A stretch of 60,000 nt of DNA from Squalus acanthias (GCA_030390025.1 CM059431.1:112594001-112654000); one strand, 5' to 3'; positions 1 through 11,727 are shown, counted from the stretch's first letter. The notes: a model not told the origin generated them from the sequence alone. Made by a program: numbers and translations.

Positions 1-934
1 CCTGTAGCCTACAGTATGGCTTAGATTAACTGAATGTATTCTTATTATGGTACTTTCAGAGAAGGAACCTCTCAAATTGTTTATGTCATACACATACAGA
101 ACTTTTTGGGGCTTTTAAAAAAAAAAAAATCAGGACTGATTTTTTCCTGACCTTTGCCCCTGCTGAATGCTTAATCCCTTGGCACAAAGGTCAGGAAAAA
201 AGAGGGTGGAGACCTGTTATACTGCCCTTTAATAGCTGTGGGCCCATCACAATGATTTAAATGAGGCTTAAAGGGGTGTTCCCAGCCTCCTGCCTCTTCC
301 TCACCCACCCCCCCCCCCCCCCCCCCCCACCCATAGTTGTAGTGATGGAGCAGTCAGAAACAGGGGTAACCCAAAAATTGTGCGCTGGGTATCCCCCCTC
401 CCCACCCCCCCAGACCGGAAGGCCTGGGGCGGGGTGGTAACAAGCCGAGGAGGCTCCACACAAGGTGAGCTATACAATTTTTAAAACTTTGCTCCGTTGG
501 ATTTTTGGGCTTCGAGGCCCTGAGGCTGACGATAACTGCAGGCCTTTCAAGCTATATTAATGGCCCGGGACAGGAAATGTAGGCACCCCTGAACATGGAG
601 AGGCGGGCTGGTCTGCAGTTGTATTGATTCCTACTTATTACTGTGGAGCCAGGAAATCGACCTCCTTGTGACCTTTGTGCCTAGGGGCAAATGTCAGGAA
701 AAATCAGCCCCGATTCGTTTTTTGAGGCATTTAAAAAAAAAAGTCTATAGAAATCTGTATGTATATGACCTAAAAGAAAAAGAAAGACTTGCATTTATAT
801 AGCGCCATTTATGACCACTGGGCGTCCCAAAGCGTTTTACAGCCTAATATGAACAATTTAATTGGTTCCTTCTCTGAAAGTGCGGGAATAATAGTAACAA
901 ATCGGTTAAACTAAGCCATACTGTAGGCTACAGG
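1..934. mobile_element. Non-autonomous fold-back DNA element with long imperfect terminal inverted repeats (may extend left of the window)
   Basis: 1-24 CCTGTAGCCTACAGTATGGCTTAG is the exact reverse complement of 911-934. Imperfect complementarity continues over about 1-193 vs 668-934 (ACTTTCAGAGAAGGAACC, CTGATTTTTCCTGAC, GGCACAAAGGTCA blocks). No transposase ORF. Confidence 0.7.
774..844 (-). mobile_element. 3' tail fragment of Deu-domain SINE inserted in the right arm of the fold-back element
   Basis: AAAGACTTGCATTTATATAGCGCC...CCCAAAGCGTTTTACAGCC is the reverse complement of the SINE 3' end at 4640-4705; flanked by CCTAA repeats (769-773, 843-847). Confidence 0.8.
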
Positions 935-978
935 CCATGAAACAATCTCGATGCAAAAGCCTGACATTGTATAGGTTA

Positions 979-1381
979 TGATGCGGAGATGCTGGTGTTG
1001 GACTGGGGTGGACAAAATTGAGAGGTCGCACAACACCAGGTTATAGTCCAACAGTTTTATTTGAAATCACAAGCTTTCGGAGCTATCGATCGCCCCTTCC
1101 TCAGGTGAAGTAGAGAAATACAGACTCGACAAAGCATATATAGATAGAGAACAATGCATGTGTGCCTTACAATTGCAGACAACTAAATTAAATCATCCTG
1201 ATGATTTAATTTAGTTGTCTGCAATTGTAAGGTACACATGCATTGTTCTCTATCTATATATGCTTTGTCGAGTCTGTATTTCTCTACTTCACCTGAGGAA
1301 GGGGCGATCGATAGCTCCGAAAGCTTGTGATTTCAAATAAAACTGTTGGACTATAACCTGGTGTTGTGCGACCTCTCAATT
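979..1381 (-). mobile_element. Penelope-like 3'-end element forming a 366 bp palindrome (1016-1381) plus ~37 nt unpaired tail
   Basis: Arms mirror around 1198-1199 with one mismatch. Tail TGATGCGGAGATGCTGGTGTTGGACTGGGGTGGACAAAA is shared with 11728 and 54880-54914. ATTGTATAGGTTA direct repeat at 966-978 and 1379-1391. Confidence 0.85.
1289..1330 (+). ncRNA. Minimal type I hammerhead ribozyme motif (mirror copy on - strand at 1067-1108)
   Basis: tcac-CTGAGGA-a-ggggc(gatcgata)gctcc-GAAA-gc-TT-gtga: CUGANGA and GAAA cores, stem I tcac/gtga, stem II, palindromic AAGCTT stem III typical of Penelope hammerheads. Confidence 0.75.
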
Positions 1382-1824
1382 GTATAGGTTAACATTGATC
1401 ACATCCATATGAAGAATTTTACACGTAGAATAGTACATTTTCCAATCTTATGTTGCTAGTGTCTTATTCTATCAGAATCCACTATCTTGGAAGAAAGTTC
1501 CTTGTAATGTTATGATGACATTAGAGGAGTATATTATTTTACTTTGTACATTGTTCAGGACTGCAACAAGATTCTGAAATGCTCCTGAAAATGTCATGAA
1601 ATAATTTAAATAGGCAAAAATTGTGTTTTTTAATGATTGTGCCTGAATTTTCAGTTTATAGTCTATACGAGTCTCACTAGAATTCACGCGTCCCAGTAGC
1701 TACTTAAGCTCTGATCTTGCAATTTAATATCCTCTCAAACCTTTGATTTGGGTTTCTCTCAAGCATTCATGAATATACATATATAATTTACAGAAGTTTG
1801 TTTTAATATCATGTGTAACTCTTG

Positions 1825-1940
1825 TTTCCCACATTACAACAGTGACTCCACTGCAGAAGTACTTCATTGGCTGTAAAGCGCTTTGAGACGTCCGGTGGTC
1901 GTGAAAGGCGCTATATAAATGCAAGTCTTTCTTTTCTTTC
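1825..1940 (+). mobile_element. 3' fragment of Deu-domain SINE abutting the CLN5 splice acceptor
   Basis: ACATTACAACAGTGACT...GGCTGTAAAGCGCTTTG...GAAAGGCGCTATATAAATGCAAGTCTTTCTTTTCTTTC matches the end of the full SINE at 4241-4706. Confidence 0.85.
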
Positions 1941-1952
1941 TTATCTTATCAG

Positions 1953-2455
1953 GTGAAATATTTAACAAACTGGCCAAGTGGGTGAAGGAGGATAATAAAA
2001 CTGGTATATACTATGAAACATGGACTGTTCAAGCTGATCCTACTCCAAAGACCAAAGTGTGGTTCGAATCTTATGACTGTTCAAAGTTTGTTTTGAGAAC
2101 TTACCAGACACTCTTCGAATTAGGTGCTGTCTTTAAGAGCCCTACACGAACCAACTATACCAGAATATTCCTGTACAGTGGTGAGCCTGCCTACCTTGGA
2201 AATGACACCACTATATTTGGACCACACAACAACAAGACTTTAGCAGAAGAAATTCGTTCCTTTTATTTTCCATTTAGACCTCCTCACTCAGTGACAGAAC
2301 TGATATCAAGTCTGTTGGAAATAGTTGATAAGGTTGTAGTGGAGAAGATCTTTTACCTTTACTTCAATTTTGAGTATTGGTACTTGCCAATGAAACGACC
2401 CTTTATTAAAATAACATATGAAGAAATACCTCTGCCATCTAAACAAAATAAATAG
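1953..2455 (+). CDS. CLN5: CLN5 (ceroid-lipofuscinosis neuronal protein 5, lysosomal BMP synthase), last coding exon
   Basis: [26 protein letters not shown]...[14 protein letters not shown]...[18 protein letters not shown]...[29 protein letters not shown] matches the vertebrate CLN5 C-terminus. Acceptor ttatcag|G at 1952/1953, stop TAG 2453-2455. Confidence 0.96.
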
Positions 2456-3257
2456 ACAGGTACTTAGCAACATGCACAGAAGAAAAACAAATGCAAAAAT
2501 TTAAGTATTAACACTCTATTTTTGTATGTTAATTCATCTGTAACTCTTGCCTAGTTTTGTAATTACTGCACAGCTGTATGTAAAGGGGAAGTAATTTGGT
2601 ATTTTTGTCCTTTTCACTTCTGTGCATCAGTAGACATCCAGACAGTAGAAAAATAACCTTGTATCACAGCTGAAGAACATCAATGTATGACAGTGCATTT
2701 GGTCAAAAATTGTTGACACTTTTTTATATGTACACTAGATTATTCCTTCCCATCCCCAGTATTGAATGTGAAACAGACTCCCAGCAAAAGCAGCTAAGGC
2801 TGTTGATTGATTAACTATCAAAAAGGAGCTGGAGAAACATCTGGTTGTGAAACAGGATTAGAGTTTATCAAGTTAGTGTTAGACTGTGGTAGTCAAATAT
2901 ACCATGAGCTACGCTGCTGGGGCCAGGAAAGGGAAGGAGAGGAATGCTGTCTTGAATAATGGTGTTGTGGGAATGGATGAATATTCTCAAATGGACATAA
3001 CATATTCCCAACTTCATTGTCCACTTGTTGGCCTAGACTTGGTATCACATCAGCATCTGTATGACTTCTCAAATAAAGTTACAGCTGTTTTGCATTGACT
3101 CAATACTCATAAAGTAACTCACAATGAAGGTGCACAGTTAGTTTGGGTCAATGAACCTCAACTTGTACAGGCTATTAAAAAGGTTCCTAGCGAGATTATT
3201 TGCATTCCTTCCATAACCATATGTTGTGTGTTGAATACTTTACCAATTTACATTATA

Positions 3258-3798
3258 CATGAAACTCTATTAACCGGCACCGGCGTGGTGCCGGTTGATC
3301 AAAAAGTCCGGATTACAGAGAGGTATACTTACCAAGGTACGAGAGCCCCGTACACGGCCACAGGTGCAGAAGCCCCGGTCACATTAAAGAATTTTCTTTT
3401 GAGTAGCCAGAATAAAATTTTAAACTACACGTTTTTTGATTTAAAAAGTACTATGTACAAACCTTAACCTTTGGTCTCGAACAGTATGTGTGGTGCCCTC
3501 GATCACAGCCATCACACAACAGCATGTTTTCTGCATCTCCCGTCTTGTGACAGATCTTACAGCGAGCATTCAGCAAAGACTTGGCCCATATAATGCTACG
3601 ATCCAGTGTAGAGAGATGAAGGAAAACCCCGGTTACATAGCCACAGATCCAGGAGTCCCTGGTGCACGGCCACAGGTGCAGGAACCCCGGTTACACGGCC
3701 ACTAATATATAGTAAAACTTACCTGAACCTACTCCTGAATTTTGCCGGTTAAGAGAGATTTCCGGATATTTAGGTGCCGGTTAAAAGAGAGTTTCCTG
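3258..3798. mobile_element. Tc1/mariner-pogo-type MITE with TA target duplication
   Basis: TA|CATGAAACTCTATTAACCGGCAC ... GTGCCGGTTAAAAGAGAGTTTCCTG|TA; internal CACGGCCACAGGTGCAG repeats; same termini family as 50558-50976. Confidence 0.8.
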
Positions 3799-4240
3799 TA
3801 CTAGTCATTGTATGAGCTTCAAGGGTTAAAACTTGCAAAATTGTCGAGCTACTCCTGTAACAGGTCCTCCCCATCACTAAGATGCTAATGTTATTAAACT
3901 TGACTCATTTCTATATTGCAAATATCACAGAAATTCAATGTCCTTCTGTGTGGTTAAAGAAACAGAACAAGTACAGAATAAATATTTTCTATGAGTCAGG
4001 ACCTTTAATTTAATGCGAGCACTCCAGCATTGACCTACTGAATAATCATCACTTGTCTTTATTCCATGTTTGGCAGAAATATTTTACCAGTGCTCGAGCA
4101 ACAGTATAACTGGCCAGTAATACTTAATGAGTAGAGAGACTGTACTTTTGTCTCTCTCATCCAACCAACCTTTCAAACTAAGTATTGGCATTATGAAAAT
4201 AGGTATCCTTAAGGTTGATGGCACACCGCCAGCCCCACAG

Positions 4241-4706
4241 TGTCAGCCGTGGCTCAGTTGGTAGCACCCTCGCCTCTGAGTCAGAAGGTTGTGGGTTCAA
4301 GTCCCACTCCAGGGACTTGAGCACAAAAATCTAGGCTGGCACTCCAGTGTAGTACTGAGGGAGTGCTGCACGGTCGGAGGTGTCGTCTTTCGGATGAGAC
4401 ATTAAACCAAGGCCCCATCTGCTCTCTCGGGTGGATGTAAAAGATCCCAAGGCACTATTTTGAAGAAGAGCAGGGGAGTTATCCCCAGTGTCCTGGCCAA
4501 TATTTATCCCTAAATCAACATCACTAAAGCAGATTATCTGGTTATCACATTGCTGTTTGTGGGAGCTTGCGGTGTGCAAACTGGCTGCCGCGTTGCCTAC
4601 ATTACAACAGTGACTACACTTCAAAATAGTACTTCAGTGGCTGTAAAGCGCTTTGGGACATCTGGTGGTTGTGAAAGGCGCTATATAAATGCAAGTCTTT
4701 TTCTTT
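4241..4706 (+). mobile_element. Full-length tRNA-derived Deu-domain SINE (SacSINE1/AmnSINE1-like)
   Basis: Pol III box A TGGCTCAGTTGG (4250-4261), box B GGTTCAAGTCC (4294-4304), Deu core GGTGGATGTAAAAGATCCCAAGGCACTATTTTGAAGAAGAGCAGGGGAGTT...CCTGGCCAATATTTATCCC, L2-like tail GGCGCTATATAAATGCAAGTCTTT. Confidence 0.9.
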
Positions 4707-5721
4707 ATGATTAATCCAGGAACAGTGCATCAAACAGCATTTGAGTATCAATTAAAAAAAACGCATCCTACCAAACTTCAAAGGATCTCCTGATGAATGA
4801 AGCATCAATGCTATAGTATATAAATTTCATGAAATACACCGAATTTATTTATGGCACCTTATGTAGAGTTCTATTTGATAACCGCACAGAAAACAACTCA
4901 AATTTAGGTGAGATTCCCGACATTGGAATGCACAGACCTAAATGGAGGAATCTGAAACCCGCATATCTGTGGTGGTCTTTACTCACTGATTTGCAAACTG
5001 CAACAGCGAGCGCCTCTCCCCCTCGAATATGGCCCCAGAGCGATTGGACTGGACACTCAATCTAGGCTGTCTAACCTCATTCGGTGAAGAGACTGTGTTG
5101 ATTTTCTTGCTCTCCCTGCTGCCATTGCTTGAGTGGGGACGAGATTACTTGGAGATGCATCAAGTCTCTCTTGTAGGTATAAAAGTGCATGTGCACTGGA
5201 AGGTGCCGCCCTCTCCTAATGGTATCGTGCTTGGGAACTCGTGCTTCAGGTAAGCATTGCCTGCTGCATCTCTTTATACCTTGATGTGCTTCCTGATACA
5301 CTTTACCATGGCTTGTGGAAGAAATTGAAGGCCCTGCATTTGTGGTGTTGTGTAAAGTTCAACAACAGATTATAGAAATGTTATCTGACAAACAGTTCAA
5401 TCAATATGAAGTATTTTTAGTAAACTATGAAAATGAATATAATCAGCTCTGAATACAAGTATTCACCAAATCAATTTTTTTTCCTGGTTGTGTTCCATTG
5501 AAAATAGGCAGTGTTGTGACGCAGGTCGGTCCCTATAGGTAGAAAACACAGACCCCCCCCCAAAAAAAATTATGTACTTCTTGAAACTTATTAAATGGAA
5601 TGTATTATATAAATGAGGGTAGTTTTTTATTGAGTAAAATTTTGGTTGTTGTGCATTTAAAAAAAGTCATGTGTATACTGTATATAACAAATATTTAGTC
5701 AAATAATTCAATTTAAATAGG

Positions 5722-6151
5722 AGTGTTTGGAAAAGTTAGTTCTGTTCTCCTCGGAACAGAGAAGGTTAAGAGGTGACCTAATAGAGGTTTTCAAGATGAT
5801 GTGAGGTTTTGATAGAGTAGATGGAGAAAAATTATTCCCTCTGGTGAGTGAGTCAATAACCAGAGGTCCTAGATTCAAAATCATTAGCAAAAGATCTCGA
5901 GGGGAGATGAGAATTGTTTTTCATTCAGCGAGTTGTCGGATCTGGAACACTCGACCTGAAAAAGTGGAGGAAGTTGATTCCATAAATAATTTTAAAAGGG
6001 AGTAGGACAGGAACTTGAGGATGAGGAACTTCCAGGGTTACGGACAAAAAGTGGGAATGTGGGACTAAGCACGTCTGCTCCTTCAAAGAGCCAGCACAGG
6101 CACGATGGGCCGAATGGCCTCTTTCTGTGCTGTAAGTATCTATGATTCTAT
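5722..6151 (+). mobile_element. CR1 LINE 3' fragment
   Basis: Degenerate LFSSEQRRLRGDLIEVFKMM coding followed by ATGGGCCGAATGGCCTCTTTCTGTGCTGTAAGTATCTATGATTCTATG terminus. Confidence 0.85.
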
Positions 6152-6810
6152 GAAATAATACCATGAATTTGGCTTTAAATAAACATAACAAACAAACAGC
6201 TATGCAGTGAATGCACCCCACTGAAAATACTTGCTTGGTCATTTTCACAGGGTAAAAATAATTACTATGTGCATACCTTCAAAAAATGTGCAATTTCCCC
6301 TCTTTCCTGGAATGCATAAAATCAAACAGCTAAGTTTCAATACAGTGCAGTACTGAGAAATATATTGATGCTGGATTTATTCTCTTTACATTAAAGTATC
6401 CCTGGAATGATACTTTGGGACCTTGTTTATCCAGACATTGTCTACAATCCTGCGTCTGCAAACATCATATGTAAACTCAACGGGAAAGTTGACTTTTCCT
6501 ACTTTGCACAGAGCTGTCAATTGGATTAATGCGGCTGATGGACAAATATGGGACACTGCAATTATGATGGTTTATGTTCCTGGGGAACTTTGTTTAGATA
6601 ATCTTGCTATTTACATGCAGCTTTAAATCTCAAATTGTAAGTCACTCAGACTTCGAAATTTCTTTGTGTCTCATCTGTTTTCAATTGTTATATTAGTTGT
6701 AGGCTAATTATTCTTTGATTTAATGTAATCTGAGCCAACCATCAAAAATAAAAATGAGCAAAAAGTATTCTGAAGTATGTCTTTCATTGAGAGATGAGGC
6801 GAGAAACATT

Positions 6811-7543
6811 TGGATTTTGCGGTCAGAATAATGGTGAGGCTCTCAGCGCTCACCGTTATTATGGAGTAAATCAGACAGCAACTTCTGGTGTCCGCATGTG
6901 CACAGTAAAAAGCAGAAATGAGGAAGTTGCTGTCCGATTTGCTCTGCTCCTCCAGAGACTCGGCATTGAAATACGTGGAAGGGCGTGAAGTTGCTGTATT
7001 TATCCACTAGATACCCACTAAACACAGAAAAAGTTAGAGCTTGTCCAATCCAGTGTAAGTGAACTTTTAATGGTGAGATAAGTCTTAATTACTGCCAAAC
7101 AACCTCTCTGGCACTGAAAATTAACTTTTACAAGTGTGGAGTCTCATTCCTTCAGATTTTAATTATTGTTGGCGATTTAAAAAAGTTATGTTTTTTTAAT
7201 TTTTCTTTGTCTCTTTTATCTCTCCTAATCCCATCTTTCTTTCCCTCGCTTTATTTTACTTTCTGTACATGATTTGACATTGAATTAAATATTCTAACTT
7301 ACACTTCCTAGGTTAGACTCTGCATGCCTCAGTAAGGATTCTTCAATCTGATTAGTTGAGGAGACATCCTGTTGCTTTCCCTGTTCACACATGCCACAGA
7401 TCCCCTGTAGAGGCTGTTGCGCTGTATCAGATGCCTGATGACCGTAAGTTGCAGCTCAAAGGCCCATGAAAAGTCTGTGGGCAGCTGCAAGCGTAACGAA
7501 TGATGTGCGCCGTTCATTCGCTGCTAACCGCAAAATCCGAGCC
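6811..7543. mobile_element. MITE-like element with terminal inverted repeats
   Basis: GGATTTTGCGGTCAG (6812) vs CTAACCGCAAAATCC (to 7538), one mismatch; GC-rich ends, AT-rich core, no coding capacity. Confidence 0.65.
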
Positions 7544-7555
7544 ATTGCAAATAAT

Positions 7556-8303
7556 GGGCCGTATTTTCCGATCGGAGGCTTCCCGCATGCGGAGACCTCC
7601 GATCTGAAAAAATCTACGCACTTACCTGAAGGCTCCCGAGGTCCGGACACTTTCGCTCCTGGGCCTCTCCAACTGGAAAGGTGCAGGGCCCGCGTATCCC
7701 AGAGGCGCATGCAGTTCGTAAGTGTCCCTGGGATCACGTGGGCCATGGGAAGCCAATAGGAGAAGGGAATCTCCCTTCATACACTTGACAGATAGACCTG
7801 TCAAATATATAAATGGAGATCACCCCAAAAACACTGTAAAACATGAAATATTTTTTTTTTTAAATCACATTTTAAAAATTAGTTGAAATTACAATAAATT
7901 CAATATTTTAAACAAAAATTTAATTTTTTGAAAAATAATTAAAGTTTTTTACGGGGCTAAAAATAAAACTTAAAAAAAAAGTATTTTTAAATGATAAATG
8001 AGTGAAATTTTTTTTTTTTACTTTTTTCAAATCTTATTGCTGGTAAAAGCATTATGCCTGCTTTTACCAGGCGTAAGATTTCTAAGGGTTTTCTGCGGGC
8101 GGAGGTGCTCCAGAAAGCGGAACTATCTGCCCGCAGAGGCTCTTCTCGCGGGCAGGCGTCCGATATGTCAAGAGGATTCTTGACAGATCGGAAATGCCAG
8201 TTTTCAACGCATACGCTTCGCTTGCCTGAAACCGGCATTTCCGATGTCCCTACGGGCGTGTACACAGCTCGTACACACCCGTAGGGATCGGAATATCCGG
8301 CCC
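7556..8303. mobile_element. MITE with GGGC...GCCC termini (Harbinger-like by inference)
   Basis: TAATGGGCCGTATTTTCCGATC (7552) vs GATCGGAATATCCGGCCCATTA (to 8307); subterminal hairpin CCCTACGGGCGTGTAC..GTACACACCCGTAGGG (8248-8286); very AT-rich centre. Confidence 0.7.
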
Positions 8304-9039
8304 ATTATATCCATGTATTTGTCCCAGATATTAATTTAAAAACATGAATTATAACACTCACTATACAAGGCTCCTTCTGGAACAGTTTTCCCTCAATCAA
8401 GGTAAGGCTCATAGGCCTGTAATTTCAGGATTCATCCTATTCAATAAAATGGGTTACTCCTGCTCCTAGCCATGGTTTTGTGCACTGTGCGGCAAAGGCC
8501 TTAGGTATGGCCTGCTGGCATTAAATTACCTGCAACGGCCAAATTGTCTCGCACCAGCAGCTCTAGCCCGCGGCTTTGCTCCTGCTGGTTCCCCACCATT
8601 TAGCTGAAACAGTCACACTACAACAGGGAGTTTGCTCTGCCACCTGCGAGGGCTTGGATCACAACCCCCTGCACCCTTCCCTTGAGCAGGCAAGACACAA
8701 AGTTACCTCATTCCATAGGAGGTGGAATGTGGAAAGCTTTTCCAAGGGAGCCTGTTCTCATCTAACTGAGTGGACAGGAACAGACTCCTTGGATAAAGTG
8801 CCTCCTTAAAATTGGACTGTGTTGCAAGGTTGGAGATCTCGCTAAGCCGCCTCCCAATCTCCTGGATGGGGTAAACGGACTTCAGTCCCAATCGGCTTGC
8901 TACCCAGGCTCCCCGGGACAGTTGGATCCCAAAAAAGCAAAATACAGGGAATCAACATAAACAGAACTGGAAACACGCTGCAGAGAGAACAGACAGTTGA
9001 TTGTTCAGGTTGGATTCTCCTTCAGAACAGAAAACATCT

Positions 9040-9754
9040 GGGCTTGGAGTTTCAGCGGAATCTGGGTGGAACCAACCGAAACAGTGCAAAAGATTGCGGA
9101 GTTTAAAATGTGAGTTATGCCCATAACCACTTACCTCGAGTTTCCGCGATCTTTTACGCTAGGTTCAAAAGTCAATTTGCACAAAGCAGTCCGCTCCCAC
9201 AAAACTGGCCACGCCCCCGGGTTAGCATGGTGCGTGTCTGCCGATTGTGCCCGTCAGGGATGTTCTTCACATTGTGCCCAGAATTTGGGGCACCCGTGGT
9301 CACATTAATCCATCGTTAATGACCTGCAGCTGCCACGACCAGCAGTCAATTGAAGCCTCGCTCAAGTCTGTCTCTCATTCTCATGCTACAATTACTTTCA
9401 ATTCAGTTTAAATGAGTTCAAATTCAGTCAATTGATCTGCCCTTGGTACACATAACCTGTGACCAGCAATAATTGAAACCATTGAATGGCCTGTTTCTTC
9501 AACTGCAGCAATGACTTGAACATATTTTCAGTTGAAATTAGCTTAATTCAGTAATCTTGAGGCCCCAGTGGCCATGTTCCAGTCAATCATCGATTATTCA
9601 ATTACACTGCTTGATTACGCTGATTCATGGGAGATTTTGCGTTTGGGTTTATGCAAATAGGTTTGCACGAAAACTTGGGCGTAATTTCACCGCAGTGTTC
9701 AGCATATGCCGGCCGCATTTTCCCAATTGCACCCCTAGCAGAAACTCGAGGCCC
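9040..9754. mobile_element. MITE with GGGC...GCCC termini (Harbinger-like by inference)
   Basis: GGGCTTGGAGTTTC vs GAAACTCGAGGCCC inverted termini; CpG-rich subterminal regions. Confidence 0.6.
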
Positions 9755-10626
9755 AGGTCTCTGCTAGTCCCTGACTGTTCAGATGGTGAAACCAACTGCC
9801 CTGAAACATGCTGTCAGCGACCTTCATCTTTTCCACGTCAACAATCATTGGGGCAGAACTTCCTGTAGCGACGTAATCGCCCAAATTTACGTCCACTCGT
9901 ACGCAGAGATTTCCTGTGTACCTAATCCGATTGTGGTGGAGCGTAAATGTAATGTAAAACTGTCCTCTGCTTTCGCGATATATCGGATGGTTCCAGTGTT
10001 GTTCCGACTATCAAATCTCTCTACAGCACGTTAAGTTAACCACTCAATACTACCAATGATACTGTTGTTCAGTGGGTTGTAAAGAGGACAGAACGTTTTG
10101 CAGCTCTTCATACCCTATTAAAAAAAAGATTAATTTTCTTGACTTGATATCACTTACTCGCACACAGTAGAACGGAAAGGTAGTTTCACAGCTCTCCCAG
10201 TCACCCAGCTCACATAATTTTAATAACCAATTATAGGGTCATTTAACTTCAACATCACTGAAAGTTCACAAACCTTTTAATCAAGTTATGTATTTAGGGG
10301 CTTATTAAAGTAATAATGACACTACTATGGAGCTAGACGCCATTCCCTGTCGAGTACCTTACTTGTGTCAAATGAATTAAATTTTGAAGACATGGATGGA
10401 GAGACTTCCTTACTTGTCTATTCTACAATGTAATGATTACAGCCTAAGGCACAATAACATTGATAGGTAGTTTCTGAATTATTGCCATATCCACGCTTTA
10501 GAGCTGAGCCAAGTTTAATATGCTTTATCCACGCTGTCTTTGGTTTTGCATTCCAGGACTGGGATTGTATTTGTTAATCTTTTTGAAGAGTGCAAATTCA
10601 AAGGAAGCCTGTGTGCCTGAAATTTT

Positions 10627-10898
10627 GGGTCTAAATTTACCCATTCTGAACCTGTGCAGAAGGAGGAAATTTGTGTTGTATACTCTTTTGGATGGGGGTG
10701 GAGATATGCGAATGAGTTGCGGAGGGTCTGGGTGAATGTTTAAAAGAATCGTGCAAAGGATTGAGGAAATGTGGGCGTAGTGCAAGAACGGGCAGAAATC
10801 ACTTGCGCCCAAATTTCCTTGGTATTTTGCACCACAAATCTGCATTGCACTGCAATTACGCTGTTTTCTAGGTGCAAATTGACATGAAATTCACGGCC
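10627..10898. mobile_element. Degenerate short MITE-like element
   Basis: GGGTCTAAATTT ... GAAATTCACGGCC weak inverted termini with composition similar to neighbouring MITEs. Confidence 0.35.
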
Positions 10899-11727
10899 AT
10901 CATATCAACCAGCCGTCTCCTTTCTTGTACCGCACTACAGACCCTTTTAAAGAACAGCAGTTCTTGGCACTGTGACCTACATCTAAGCCTAGGTTTTCCA
11001 CACAGCTCTTAATCTTTCTGGCACCACTTGTGTGTTCTGATCCGCTGTATGGAGGGGCTTACAGTCGGTTGATCTGCTAGTTCAGCAAGTAGCTCACCAG
11101 ATAAATAACAATGGGGGAAATGACCTTCCACCCGCGTTAATGATTTCCTGATGCTTAGGTCACAAATGAAACTGCTCGATTGTCCAATACTTCTGATGAA
11201 GCAATCAAGCTGGAGCTGCTTCCAGAACCTGATCCCTTAATATTAATTGACAGAGTCCCTTATAATCAGATACTCCCCATCTAACCAAGTATCCTCCAGC
11301 TAGGCTACTAATTCTCTGAAAGTACCACGTGGCGCTTTCTGCAACACATTTTTGCCCATATGGTTTGCAATTTCATAGTCTGCATTGTTAATTAGAGCCA
11401 CACGTGAAAATGCTGCAAATATTTTACCACCAAGTGATGATACAAGCCATTCTGTGTAGCAGGGCTCATGAAGTGCCCCCCATTACACAATATTCAATAG
11501 ATTAGCTATTCTGAATTAAAACAATAATCTTCCTCTTTGAAAATATATTTAATGACAATAGAGAGGATTAATGGATGGAAAAATTACAAGCTATGCACTC
11601 GACTTTTAAAGATGCCTTCAGTGAGCATCACTCCCTGCTAGAAATGTCAGATTGTGGAATTGCATCTAATATTAGATAATGGACTTAATTTTATAATTTG
11701 TCAAACTATCTGATCTAATTTTTATGA

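Noticed and set aside
1919..1952. ATG and hydrophobic N-terminus [11 protein letters not shown] of the 178 aa ORF as a start or signal peptide
   Set aside because: It is the SINE tail and pyrimidine tract read in frame; CLN5 homology begins after the AG at 1952.
4241..4312. tRNA gene
   Set aside because: Box A/B head continues directly into Deu-SINE body and tail; it is a SINE head.
6794..10845. Numerous 60-106 aa ORFs in the ORF track
   Set aside because: They overlap GC-rich MITE ends, lack homology I recognise and lack consistent splice structure.
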